A DNA stretch of 62,464 nucleotides, counting the filler, from Dugesia japonica (taxonomy: Eukaryota): NCBI GenBank assembly GCA_001938525.1. It is 6 parts of 6 records of this genome, joined end to end, with 100 filler letters (N's around TTAATTAATTAA, not from the genome) between each part and the next. Parts side by side here need not be neighbours in the genome. Positions count along the whole stretch, not along the records: positions 44,989 to 53,366 come from MQRL01598573.1; positions 53,467 to 62,464 come from MQRL01467074.1; 4 more parts are not named here. One strand, 5' to 3'. Made by a program: the position numbers and the translations under genes. This document shows positions 50,201-61,904 of the stretch, in pieces. The stretch's first letter is position 1. Each line of letters opens with the position of its first letter. The notes beneath the pieces were generated by a model. It was not told the DNA's origin and made no database searches. It saw only the letters and a list, made by a program, of their open reading frames with translations.

Positions 50201-52701
50201 ATCTAATAAAATAATATTAAAATAAATTTAAAAGTGAATGTGTGTCAATCTGAGTATTAAGAATCGGATTGACCAACCCAATTCTTAAAGCCTCACACGC
50301 AATTCTTTCTAAATAATTGCCAAAACCGCTGTTAAAAACTATAAACTCATCGATGCTTATTTAGCCTTTTCTATGTTTGCAGCAACAAGCATGATCTAAA
50401 ACAGAACATTTTCTACTCAATTGCTTATTATCACTTACACGTGTGCGAAGATGACGTTTTGTCTCTCCAATGTACGTGGCATCACATCTGTTACAATTAA
50501 ATTGATAAACTGGGTTAGCGAGCAAAGCTTTTGGTGTAGTAGATTTGTTGTTAAAGTGACTGGAAGTTTTTTTGAAATGAAAATTAATCTAAATTTATGA
50601 GCGAACATTTTACTGATTTATCTCTTTCCAAGAATGGTAGTTTTATAGTTATATAAAAACGTCCAGTTACTTAAGCAACAAATCTACTACACCAAAAGCT
50701 TTGCTCGCTAACCTAGTTTATCAATTTTCAAAAAATCTCCAACTAATGAATTTATCTTATTATATCAGATCGTCGAACTACCCTTTAATATATGACTAAC
50801 TAGCTCAGCTATTGTCTGAACCCTATATTTTGCGAAAAAGCTCTTTTCCTCTGTTTAATTTCTTCTCTTCTTCCTGGCTACTTTCCACACCCACTGGTTT
50901 TATATGTCTATATTTATTATTTGAACTCCAATCTTAAACTTTTTCTCATCCGATCCCCAAATAACGTAAAGTTCTATCTAACCCTTTATCGTATTTTCCT
51001 TTATTATCATATCTGTTCCATTATTCATGACATTTTCGACTAATATGATCTTTCAATTCACATTGAAACACTGTATCTGCTGTCTCGTGGGATTCTCTCT
51101 ACTGACATTTCCTTCTTGTCTTCATGTTCTTTACTTTATCATCCGTTTCAATGGATAATCTTATCTTATATGACCTAATTTTTTGCATTCCCAGTAGTTT
51201 CTTTTTCACAACTACCAATTTTTTGGGTTATCTTCCTTCATAAATAAATTTCCTTTTCAAAAATCAAATTTCAGCCAATTGATTGTGAATCTAAACATGT
51301 TTCTTCATTTGTTGAGTTATAATTCAGAATTCTTCTTCATTACCCATTCTTCTTCATTACTTTAAATGTTGAGTTTTTTTGAAATGTTATCTTCGAAATA
51401 AAAAAATACTCTTTAAAATTAATGAGCAACTTTTAGTAAAAAATCTTAGTAAAAATGTCAGTCCTTAAAAAATTTGTAAAGAATTTTAAAAAATATTTTT
51501 GTTTGATTATTTACCAATAAATAAAGATTCTAACTAAAGCTTCGTTGATTCATTATAGATAAACAATGTGAAAAATCTGGTTCGTCAATATTGTCGATCT
51601 CTAAAGAAACTCATTCCAAATGTTGATAAAATTTTAAAAGAAGGTGTTCTGATTAAAGAATACGTATTAGATAAAATTAGTAAGTTGATGGATAAAATAA
51701 GAGAATGTAACGTTACTATTCGATGGTTAATGTTACATTCTAGTGAGTTGTCTCTAAGTGTTAAGAGTAATAAAAAATGTTCCAGTTTACGAGAAGCTGT
51801 TGTGACACATGCAGATTTCAATGAAGAATCCATATTTCAATTACTTGGTTTGACTTCACAATTCGAATTAAAACTTGGTGATATGTTTAGATATATTCTC
51901 GAGAATAAAGAAGAAAATTGGAATCAAATTAAAATTGAAGGTGTTGACAGAATGAAAGAATTGGCCGAAGTGTTTTCTGGTACTAAAGCACTAGCTAGGG
52001 TATCGAAAAATGATAAATTACAAATTTGGTTTGAGAGACTTTCTAATCAAATTGAAAACCTATCATTCCTAAATTCGACATTTGCTGGAAGAACTTTGGA
52101 TCAATTGATTCAGGCTTTACATGAAGTGCTGGAATTCCATCAACTCGATTCTAATCTTATGGTGAAACAATTTATAAATGACACTTGCGCTAGCTTGAAA
52201 CAAATGATGCGATTACTCAATCTACAAGAACGTGTACTTGTTAATTTGAATATTTGTTCCGATATCAGCTATGCTCTCAATATCATTGATAAATATACTG
52301 GTTATATGCAATCTGGAATCACTAAAGATCCTTTTTTGGTTATTAAACTACGAGCAATTTTCCTAAAATTGGCTGCTAGTCATGATATTCCGCTTATTCG
52401 ATTGAATCAATGTTCCAGTAAAGATTTACTAAGTGTCACACAATATTACTCTTCAGAACTTGTTCAATATGTTCGAAAAGTTTTACAAATCATTCCAGAA
52501 ACGATGTTTATGAAATTGGCAAAAATTATTGATTTACAAACAAATGAAGTTAAAGACCTCCCAACTAGATTGGATAAAGACAAAGTGAAAAGTTATTTGC
52601 ATTTCGAAAAACGAGCTCAAATCGCTAAATTAACTCACGATATTTCAGTGTTTACTCAAGGAATTTTAATGATGAAAACGACTCTTGTTGGAATTATTGA
52701 A
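47221..52701 (+). CDS. WASHC5: Strumpellin / WASH complex subunit 5, internal exons 47221-47321, 47372-47494, 47569-47887, 51559-52701; both ends missing
   Basis: The spliced frame is open and gives [12 protein letters not shown]...[24 protein letters not shown]...[71 protein letters not shown]. All introns are GT-AG with compatible phases. Confidence 0.95.
48520..49235 (+). mobile_element. mariner relic inside the strumpellin intron, truncated by a Penelope-like insertion
   Basis: [42 protein letters not shown]. Confidence 0.9.
49357..49391 (-). ncRNA. Minimal hammerhead ribozyme, copy B (probably dead, G12>A)
   Basis: Reverse complement reads AATTC CTGATGA A GAC GAA GTC AAAA ATTC GACAT. 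Confidence 0.55.
49987..50021 (+). ncRNA. Minimal hammerhead ribozyme, copy C
   Basis: AATTC CTGACGA A AAC AAA GTC GAAA TATA GAATT: intact core, perfect 5-bp stem I, one stem II mismatch; ~55 nt downstream of the GIY-YIG stop. Confidence 0.75.
50499..50727. mobile_element. MITE with ~75-bp inverted repeats
   Basis: AATTGATAAACTGGGTTAGCGAGCAAAGCTTTTGGTGTAGTAGATTTGTTG and its near-perfect reverse complement ending at 50727. Confidence 0.85.
50830..51360 (-). mobile_element. gag relic with zinc knuckle
   Basis: Minus strand near 51075-51025 reads (C)[15 protein letters not shown]2CX4HX4C with a frameshift at the first Cys. Confidence 0.4.
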
Positions 52702-53366
52702 GTAAGCTTTTAATTTGATTTTTTAATTTTTTAGAATGTTATTTTTGTAAAGTTTTGTTTAAATAATTTCCAACATTTATATTTATTTTAATTATTATAT
52801 AAGGGGATCCAAAAGAAAATTTGCATTTTTTCATACAAAATCTGTATTGCTATCAGAGAGTACTTCCCGGGAAATCTTGAAAATGTAAAATTACCATTTT
52901 CCGGGAAAAAATTATTGTTTTAAAAAAGAAAATTTACCCGGAAAAATCATGAAAACACTTAATATTTTAAAGACATGTGGATTTAAAAAACCCTGAAGTC
53001 TCCAAGATAACCCGCTGTTTATATAAAACAACTCTTACTTTCATCAATACTTTCGAAAGCCTTACTTGTAACTTCACCATAAAATTCAACAGNNNNNNNN
53101 NNNNNNNNNNNNNNNNNNNNNNNNNNNNNNNNNNNNNNNNNNNNNNNNNNNNNNNNNNNNNNNNNNNNNNNNNNNNNNNNNNNNNNNNNNNNNNNNNNNN
53201 NNNNNNNNNNNNNNNNNNNNNCAATCATCCAATCTTCTCAAAGATTTCTTTATTTATTTTTGAACGATTTATAAATTCTAAAATCTTTTTTATAATAAAT
53301 AAAATTATTATGTAATACGTAGGTTATTACTAGAAATTAATTATTATTAATTACTAATTATTACTA

Positions 53367-53466
53367 NNNNNNNNNNNNNNNNNNNNNNNNNNNNNNNNNN
53401 NNNNNNNNNNTTAATTAATTAANNNNNNNNNNNNNNNNNNNNNNNNNNNNNNNNNNNNNNNNNNNN
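53367..53466. other. Artificial contig spacer
   Basis: 44 N + TTAATTAATTAA (53411-53422) + 44 N. Confidence 0.97.
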
Positions 53467-54759
53467 TGATATTTGACATAGATATTTCATTAAATTGCAT
53501 GAGAATTTTCATCAAGTCATATAATTATTAATAAATATTAAGTTCGAACATTCATACGCTTATTTAATTAAGACTTATACAAAATAATTTTATAATACAT
53601 GCACACTTTTCCAAAAGACAGAATTTTGATATATTTACATGAACTTTAATAAATATACACTGATTAGCTGTAAAAGAAAGGTACTTACCACTGAACCATC
53701 TATTCTATAAAACGTTTTCAATGATCATTATTAATACAGATAAAAACCATCAATCTTTGTCATCAATGTAATAAATCGAAAAACAAGTGTAAAATAAGTG
53801 ATCAATCAGTGAATTTTAACCTAACACTGAGATTTCAAAAATAAATTTTTATTCTTAAAATTGGTCAACAAAGTGTCTTTTCGATAGAGAATATTTCTAT
53901 CGTTACGAATAACATGATTAAAAATCGCAAATCTTTATCCTTGATGAAATAAAATGAAAAATAAGTACTTACTATAGATTGCTTTCCTGTAATATTAAAT
54001 GATGGATGATCCCCGAAAAATATTAAACTTAAAATTTGATGCATGAAGTGAATGGATTATTTAGAATATATAGTGAGATGAACGGGTTAATTACTTGTTT
54101 TAAAATTAGGATGTCTATTTTCAAAAAAACTTTTACTATATTAAGGCGAAAATGCGTGAACAATTAACCTGTCTATTTGAATTTATTGGTTGTAAAGTGT
54201 GATTCAGTGTGAATTATAGAGCTGAATATATGGAATAATTGATAAAAAGATTAAACCATTAATTGGACGATCGATGGATAAATGATTTGAAAGGGTAATT
54301 GAACAGGTTCAAACTAATGAACGCCTTATAAAAACATAAAATAAAATAAATGAAATTAATTTATTAAAATCTAGTTGCTCCACCTAGAATGTTAAATTTG
54401 AAATCCTTGTTTCTACTTAATAATTATATGTATGAACTAGTGGGTCATGAATCTTGATGTCACTTGACAGTATTAGAATCAATAATTTCTATGATTATGA
54501 TTTCTTTGAATACTGCTAGAATGTCACGGGAGTGTCATTCACATTGCACTCCAATTGTACATGTAATAGACTCATACTATGTATGCAATACATCAGATTA
54601 TACTTTTATTACAAAATATAGTATGATTGAAAAGTTTATATATATATAATTACTTTAGAAAACAGTATTAATTTTAATATTAATAAATGTAAATAAATCA
54701 TATTTTACAAATATTTATTTTTTAATTAAAAAATAGTGCTTATCGATATTCATATTTAG

Positions 54760-57700
54760 TCAGTTATTATAAGGACAACAGAAAGAAATGTTAATGCATT
54801 GTTTGAAGTAAAAAACATCTTAAATAAATTGCGAACACAGTACAAACCCATTATTCAATCTGGACTTAAGCCGTTTATTCAACCAAATTTAGCAAAGATT
54901 TACAACACAACAAATAGTACTGATGAAAAATATACAGGAATTAATCTTGGTGAAATAGGTGAATTTTTTAATAGGTTTCAAAATAATTTTTTACCAGCTC
55001 AATATTTTCCGTCGGTCAAAGTGGACAAATTTGATGATATTGATAAACAGAAACAACCAAATTATTTACTGTCCAATGAGAATGATCCAGTTTCAGATCT
55101 AAAGTCTACAACAACAATTTCTAGCAACATGACAATGCAAATTGACAATGGATTGAATTTAGGAAAACAAATGAATATAGCTAAAATAACTTCACTGTTG
55201 GCATCCCAAAGAAATATAAATCCATCGGGTAGAAAATTTTTCATATAAAATAAAGTTGATTCAATTAAATTATTATTTATTATTTTCTATCTGACGACTC
55301 AATCATATTAATAATAATTTTTGATTATAGGAAAATATTAATAAACAACCAATTAATTTTTTTAGTTTTCAAAATATTTTACGAACATTAAAAATCTATT
55401 TTGAGGAAAAAATAATTGCCAGAAATTTAACTAATAAATATATATTACAATTGCAATTATTGCGAGAATAATTGTTGGACATAACCATTGATCGTTTTAT
55501 AGAATTCATTTAATATAAAAGCTTTGATGAAAATTGTGGTTTTTATTATTGATATTGGATAAAAATTCGATATCAATAACAAAAACCAAAATTTTGGTCA
55601 AAGCTTTTATATNNNNNNNNNNNNNNNNNNNTGTAATTTTAAAAGAAACAATAATATCAAGGTTTCTGAAAGATAGATTATTAAAATTAATTATTATTTT
55701 AATTATTATTTGAAACGAATAAGTATTCAATAAACTAGAATTTATGATCATGAGGTGATTGAGAAACAGGCATTTTATGCAGTAGAATTTCTGAGAAATC
55801 TTTCTTCTGTTGAACAAAAGAAAGCCGAATTTAAAGTTATAAGACGTGCTCTAGAATGACAAGTTAGATGTGGTAATTGTTCTATTTATATGGTTCCTGA
55901 ACTAGGAACAAGAAACATTTCGTGTTTTTTTTATGAACAAAAATGAATTGTTTTTTGTTGAGTGTCGGTCTGGTGCATGCAATTTAGAATGCTTTTTAAA
56001 TTTTATTAATTGCTTTAAATAACCAAATTAGCAAAACATGACATCGAAAATACTTCTCATCTAAATATTGCTGTGAGAAAAGGAGTATTGATGATAAAAG
56101 GATTGAAAATATTGATAATTATTTGTGGTATCTACAGATTTTCCTCCATTTTAAAACCTGATAGAAAATTTAATCTTCAAATAGAAAGAATAGTTTCTGG
56201 AGCTGATTAACAATGGAAACCAAATTATAAAATTAGTTCTATCGACAGTGCTTGATTTTATCGCCACATGTTAAGCAATATTTATTAATACATAATAATA
56301 AAAAAAATAATAATAATAATAAAAATAATATTTTTTTACAATTGCAATTATTGCGAGAATAATTGTTGGAGAATAATTGATCGTTTTATAGAATTCATTT
56401 CTAATTAAAGCTTCGATCAAAATTTTTGTTTTTTGATAACAATAAAAAAAATCAAAAATTTTGATCGAAGTAATAATAATAATAATAATAATCCATCATA
56501 ATAATCATTCATATTAATAATAATAATCATATTAGTCATAATCATTATCAATCAGAATTATATTCAGAATAAATATAAATAATTCATAATTAATGATATA
56601 ATTCACTTTAAATGAATAATTAATTCTTATCGAAATTGCATTCATGAACAATTCAAAAATATAAATTGGTGAATGAAATGAAACACAATAGAAAATTAAA
56701 TAAATTACGCAATTATTTGCAGAATTGTTTCTTATAAATGAATATTAAAATCATTTGTATGTATAACATTAAAGAAGCAATGAAATAATTAAAGTTTTAA
56801 AAAATAAATTATGTGAACTTAAATTATATTTTATCTAGGACATTTTCTTATAAACCAACAATCTATCAATAACAAAGATCACATGAATTGTTTAAATTTA
56901 ACCAATGGAAATCAATCAATAATTTCTATGATTGAGTTAGTTTATATATCTACTTTTTTATTTCATTAATAATAGAAATGTAAATAATCACGTAAATAAA
57001 GAAATGGAATCAAACTTATTTTCAAATTCAATCGATTTTACACCATTAAATAATATTAATTTGAACAATACTGATTGGAGAGCCCCAGGAGCTGAATATT
57101 CAGCAAAACAAAGAGAATTAAAACGATCAATATGTAACTCACCAATCAGTTCAGGATCAGATGGNAACAGACAATTACAAGGAATTAATTTTGTTCAGTA
57201 AGATTTTATTTGCATATCTTATTATACAGAGTAAATGTTTAAGTAAAAATGTTTTAAAATTTAAAAAAGCCAATTGAAAATTTTTAATTTCAATTTGAAA
57301 TTAAATTTAATTAAAAAAGGTGAATTTGTTTAAATAATAGTTCATCTTTTTTTATCTGACTTTAACTTCATGGATTTATTTAGTTTTGATGATTTAAATA
57401 TTCAAACGTCAATGGTCATTTTCTCTCACACTCTCAATGAGGTAATAACGTTAAAATTCGAATTCAGATTCAAATTAAGATATATTATGACAGATATTAA
57501 TTTAAAATGACTAAATAAATTTGTAAAAAAATTTTTGCTTTTGTTTTTAAAAATTTTTTCATTTGAATATTTTTAGATGAGTCTAAGATGCAACCGTTAA
57601 ATTTAAAAGAATATTTAAATTCATTAAATGAAATATATTTATATATATAGTTTAACAATTGCAATTATTGCGAGAATAATTGTTGGACATAACCATTGAT

Positions 57701-60146
57701 CGTTTTGTAGAATTCATTTAATATAAAAGCTTTGATCAAAATTTAGGTTTTATTTATTGATATTGGATAACAATTCGATATTTCGACCTTGTCTTCGTCA
57801 TGAATTGACTTTTTAAAAGTCAATTTTAAAGTCTTTAATGAAAAAGTGAATTCCTGACGAAAACAAGGTTGAAATATCGAATTGTTATCTAATATCAATA
57901 AATAAAACCTAAATTTTGATCAAAGCTTTTATATTAAATGAATTCTATATAGTTTAAAATCATTTAAATTAATTCCGAAAACTAAAATTTATAAATCTTT
58001 GAAACTTTCGAAATTTTAGTTAAATGTATTAAATGAATAGGGTAAATATGTATTGTTAATTAAAAATTTAACTGATCGAATATACTATTGATTCAATATT
58101 GTTTGCAAATAAACTTAAACAATTTGATAATGCCATATGTTACAATTATATTATACGAAATGTTGGTAAGAGTTATTGAATAAAGGGATTCCTTTGTAAC
58201 TACTACATGATAGCAGTTCATAGAGATGCCTAATTGTTCAAGTGCGTTGAAAATGTGAATTATTTTAATACATTAGCAACAAATGCTGCAATTTTTACGT
58301 GATCGCTCAAAGACACGGACATAATTATTACGGACGGATAAGACCATGACTTTAAAATCGTGTTATAAATAATTCAAAAAAGAAAGACTTTTGAATTAAG
58401 TAGCTGTTAATAAGTGTAAAGAAAGCTTAAGAATATTGAAATGTACTAATATTTGTTTTCGTATATCGATTAAAATGTTTTGAAAAAATATGACTGTATT
58501 TAATGAAATTTTAATACACATCACCATCTTTAAAACATACAGCAGACAACTCAATGTTTCTTGTTCGTTATCCAGGAACAGCATGAATAGCACGATTAAC
58601 ACGTTTCAAATGATCCTTTTTAAGAATGCATCATAACTTCAAATCTGGCCTCATAGATAAGAATTTTTTTTACCACTAAAGGAAGAATTCTCAATAATTC
58701 TGCCACGTAATTGCTTGTTTCTAAAGCATCTAAAGATCATATTTTCTGACTGAACGAAGACTTATTCGTTTCAAAGAATAAGAAAAACATTTCAACAATA
58801 TATCAATGGTTTTTGATATAGTAAATCTTGTAATTTTTATAAGGAATCCTCCCACAATAGTATTTTTCTTGGACTTCAATCACCACATTTTATTCACCTG
58901 ATTCTCTTTGATATATACCAGTTGTTGCGAATTCTAAATCCGCATGTATTCTACTTATCCATTAATATAATTTGGAAAAAAATCATTAAATATTTTACAA
59001 CTTAGTTTTAATCGAAAAAATTGTTTCTTTTTAATCCATAAATGAAAAAATCATGTTATGAAAAACTTTACAAATATTACAAAATAATCAAGTTTTATTA
59101 TTTCTGCTATTCACTTAATAAATAAATAGATATGTACCACTTTGCCCATAGGCAATTTCAATGTAAATTTCTTACAAAAATCGACCCAATGTATAAAATA
59201 CGTTCACTACCTCTGGTATTTACTCTTATTATACCTTTAATAGTGTTTAAGTTCAAGCCAAAAACACAAGAAATGGCTGCTATGTTATCTCAATTCAAAT
59301 ATGAATCAATTATTATTTTTCTGTTATATTTTATTATGATGAATGTTTTATTAAAAAATTAAATAAAAAATTTCTATTCCAGCTAAATTATATTATCAAG
59401 TATATTTTCAACAAATTAATAATTTGCGGTTTTAATTAATTTGACTAATAAATGACAAAAAAATTAAATTGAATGACAAATATTGTGTTTATTGTTANNN
59501 NNNNNNNNNNNNNNNNNNNNNNNNNNNNNNNNNNNNNNNNNNNNNNNNNNNNNNNNNNNNNNNNNNNNNNNAAATAATGAAAATCATAATCCCATTAATG
59601 GAAATTTGGATAATAATATGGATAATGGTTAAGAGTTTTTTTTGTTTGTTGGTAATATATTAAATTTTTTTAGTTAACAAAAATCATAATGATGAAAATA
59701 ATTATAAACAACAATTTTATGATGGTTTTATTAATCGGACAAATATGGATATAGATGGAAATTCTTCATTTAACAAAAATGATTTACTAAATAATTCTTG
59801 CGATAATGTAGTTAAAATACTTACAAATCTCGATTTAACTCGATTTGTTGATTGTTTTATTAAAAATGAAGTGAGAAATATTTATTAAAATTAAATTCTT
59901 CAAAACTTTTCCTAATATTTAGGTTGACTTTGATACATTTTGTAGTTTAAGCGAAGACGATTTAAAGGAACTTGGTGTTAATACATTTGGAGCCAGAAGG
60001 AAACTAGTATTAGCTATAAATGGTTTGTATTGATTTCATTTAAATTACAATTATTGAGAAAAATAGAAATTGGGTTGTAACATAATTTTCCTTTATTTTT
60101 TAATAATGAATTAAACACTTTTTTAGAAAAATTCATTTTAGAATAA
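54760..60146 (+). CDS. BicC: Bicaudal-C homolog, 3' part: exons 54760-55228, 56839-56935, 56976-57197, (gap)-59627, 59674-59870, 59923-60022, probable last exon 60127-60146
   Basis: SVIIRTTERNVNALFEVKNIL matches the end of the BicC KH-like region; DWRAPGAE matches the conserved (K/R)APGxE motif; C-terminal SAM domain LTNLDLTRFVDCFIKNE|VDFDTFCSLSEDDLKELGVNTFGARRKLVLAI. Splice phases are compatible wherever both ends are visible. Confidence 0.85.
55448..55612. mobile_element. Fold-back derivative of the Penelope-like terminal repeat, ribozyme core deleted
   Basis: Starts with the family end CAATTGCAATTATTGCGAGAATAATTGTTGG and turns round at TTCGATATCAAT into an inverted arm. Confidence 0.8.
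55700..55930 (-). mobile_element. Possible Tc1-type transposase relic
   Basis: Minus-strand TCHSRAR and PVSQSP resemble DNAPCH and WPxxSPDLN. Very degenerate. Confidence 0.25.
56339..56470. mobile_element. Shorter fold-back derivative of the same family, in an (AAT)n tract
   Basis: Same CAATTGCAATTATTGCGAGAAT end; hairpin CTTCGATCAAAATTTTTG / CAAAAATTTTGATCGAAG. Confidence 0.8.
57772..57806 (-). ncRNA. Minimal hammerhead ribozyme, copy D (C3>A, probably impaired)
   Basis: Reverse complement reads AATTC ATGACGA A GAC AAG GTC GAAA TATC GAATT. Confidence 0.6.
57849..57883 (+). ncRNA. Minimal hammerhead ribozyme, copy E (core intact, all stems paired)
   Basis: AATTC CTGACGA A AAC AAG GTT GAAA TATC GAATT; predicted cleavage after AUC at 57878; stem III reduced to palindromic ATAT. 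Confidence 0.75.
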
Positions 60147-61809
60147 TAACAAGGCAATCAATAATATAATCTCCATCATTATTTATGACATATTTCACAT
60201 TTCTACCATACTATCAATACTTTTACACTAGAAGGCCTAATTCACTAGGTCTCGTCTCGAATAACTTTCATTGATAAANNNNNNNNNNNNNNNNNNNNNN
60301 NNNNNNNNNNNNNNNNNNNNNNNNNNNNNNNNNNNNNNNNNNNNNNNNNNNNNNNNNNNNNNNNNNNNNNNNNNNNNNNNNNNNGTATTTTTATCTAAAA
60401 GATTTAAATAAAATTTACAAAAAATTTCTGAAATTTGGTAGATCACAAAAAGAAATATCAAATGATATTTTTAATTTTTAATAATACAAATGGTGTGGTT
60501 AAACAAACTACAATTTTCAGTAAAAAATAATATCACGGCAAATTACGTTACAACCCAATATAAGAAATCAAAACTACTTTTGATAAAATAAGATTTGGTT
60601 TTAAAACATGATTCATACAAATTCAATTTCAAAAGGTGCGTGTAATTGGAATTTATTGATTTAATTAATAGTAAATTATTCATTTGAATACGTAAATGAT
60701 ATTGACTATTTTCAGTATTTTTATATTATTTTATTTAATTATAAAAATAGAAACAAATTCGTAAGATTAATTTTCTTGAAAATGGTTTAAAATAATGCGT
60801 GAAATGTAAATATTCATATTCTGTAATTTTAACAATTTTAATATTATCAACAACTTGTGAAGAATTAAATTAACCAATATTTTAATTTATATGTTAAGTT
60901 TAGAATTCTTTTTTTTAAAAGTAGTATATGAATCAAGTTTTTAATAGTTTCATTATTAGAATGTATCGATTTCAATAATTTTAATTAAATCAACAAAATG
61001 AATACAGATCGTTGTCATCATGATTGTAGTAGTTATCCATGTATGATAAAATTAATTTTTCAAAGTCAAAATAAAACAATCCTCATAAAGTTATTAATTT
61101 ATTAACAATTTATCAATTTCAATCTTTTAATAAATTTTGATTAATTATAGATGTATGAATATAAATAAATTCATTTAGATTAAAAACTAGTAGAAAAATA
61201 TAGATGTTAAATTAATAAAGTCAATGCTTTACATCAAATTATCCTATTTCTAACCAGGTGTAGAAAAAAATTATTTTCTTGTTAGCAGTAGGCAAATTAT
61301 CTAATTCACTTTCCAGAGATAAATTAATTAAATTGAATCTTTAAAAATTTTATTAACAATACTCTTAACATTTTTGAAAATCCCGGATAGTAAAACAAAT
61401 ATATTATTTTATTATTGATAAATCTTAATGACTATAGAAACAATATAAAATTTATTTAAATTATTTTAAGAAATAATGATTTCGATGATTTACAACTGGG
61501 AGTTTCTTTGTAAACTACTAACACTTAAAATGTGTTTTTAAAAACACTGATATTTTTATAAATTTGCATCGAATAGATTCATAGTATAAGAGGTTTGAAT
61601 ATACGCATTTTGGCTGAAATAAGTGTCCATAATGGAAGTAAGTTAAAAATTAAGAGAATCAATGAAATAGTATACTATGATGCAATATACTCGAATATTT
61701 ATATTATTTTAATGTTTGATAAATTAAAGATATTTATTTAACATGACAATTTTCATAATAGTCAGAATAGTCTTCTTTTTTTTGATTCCTTCTCTCTTTT
61801 AATGAATTT

Positions 61810-61904
61810 TCCAATACAGTTACTCGAGAATTATACACCCATCGGGTTATCGAGTTACTCGAAATTTGCTCATTACTCGAGATACCCGGGACTGTATTCC
61901 CTAA
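61810..61904. mobile_element. Small hAT-like MITE with CTCGAG subterminal motifs
   Basis: AATACAGT...ACTGTATT inverted ends and repeated TACTCGA; related-looking motif clusters at 48060-48115 and 52855-52960. Confidence 0.4.

Larger units (their letters stand above)
57656..57945. mobile_element. ~290-bp ORF-less element made of two inverted hammerhead-bearing repeats, 12-bp TSD
   Basis: Arms ~57709-57814 and ~57841-57947 are near-perfect reverse complements; TATATAGTTTAA is duplicated at 57644-57655 and 57946-57957. Confidence 0.85.

Noticed and set aside
58380-59000. Additional BicC exons or a nested gene in the large intron
   Set aside because: No open frame with compatible splice sites; looks like an unidentifiable decayed minus-strand element, as does 61930-62350.
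47221-60146. Functional linkage or fusion of strumpellin and Bicaudal-C
   Set aside because: An artificial spacer at 53367-53466 separates them, so adjacency is not demonstrated.
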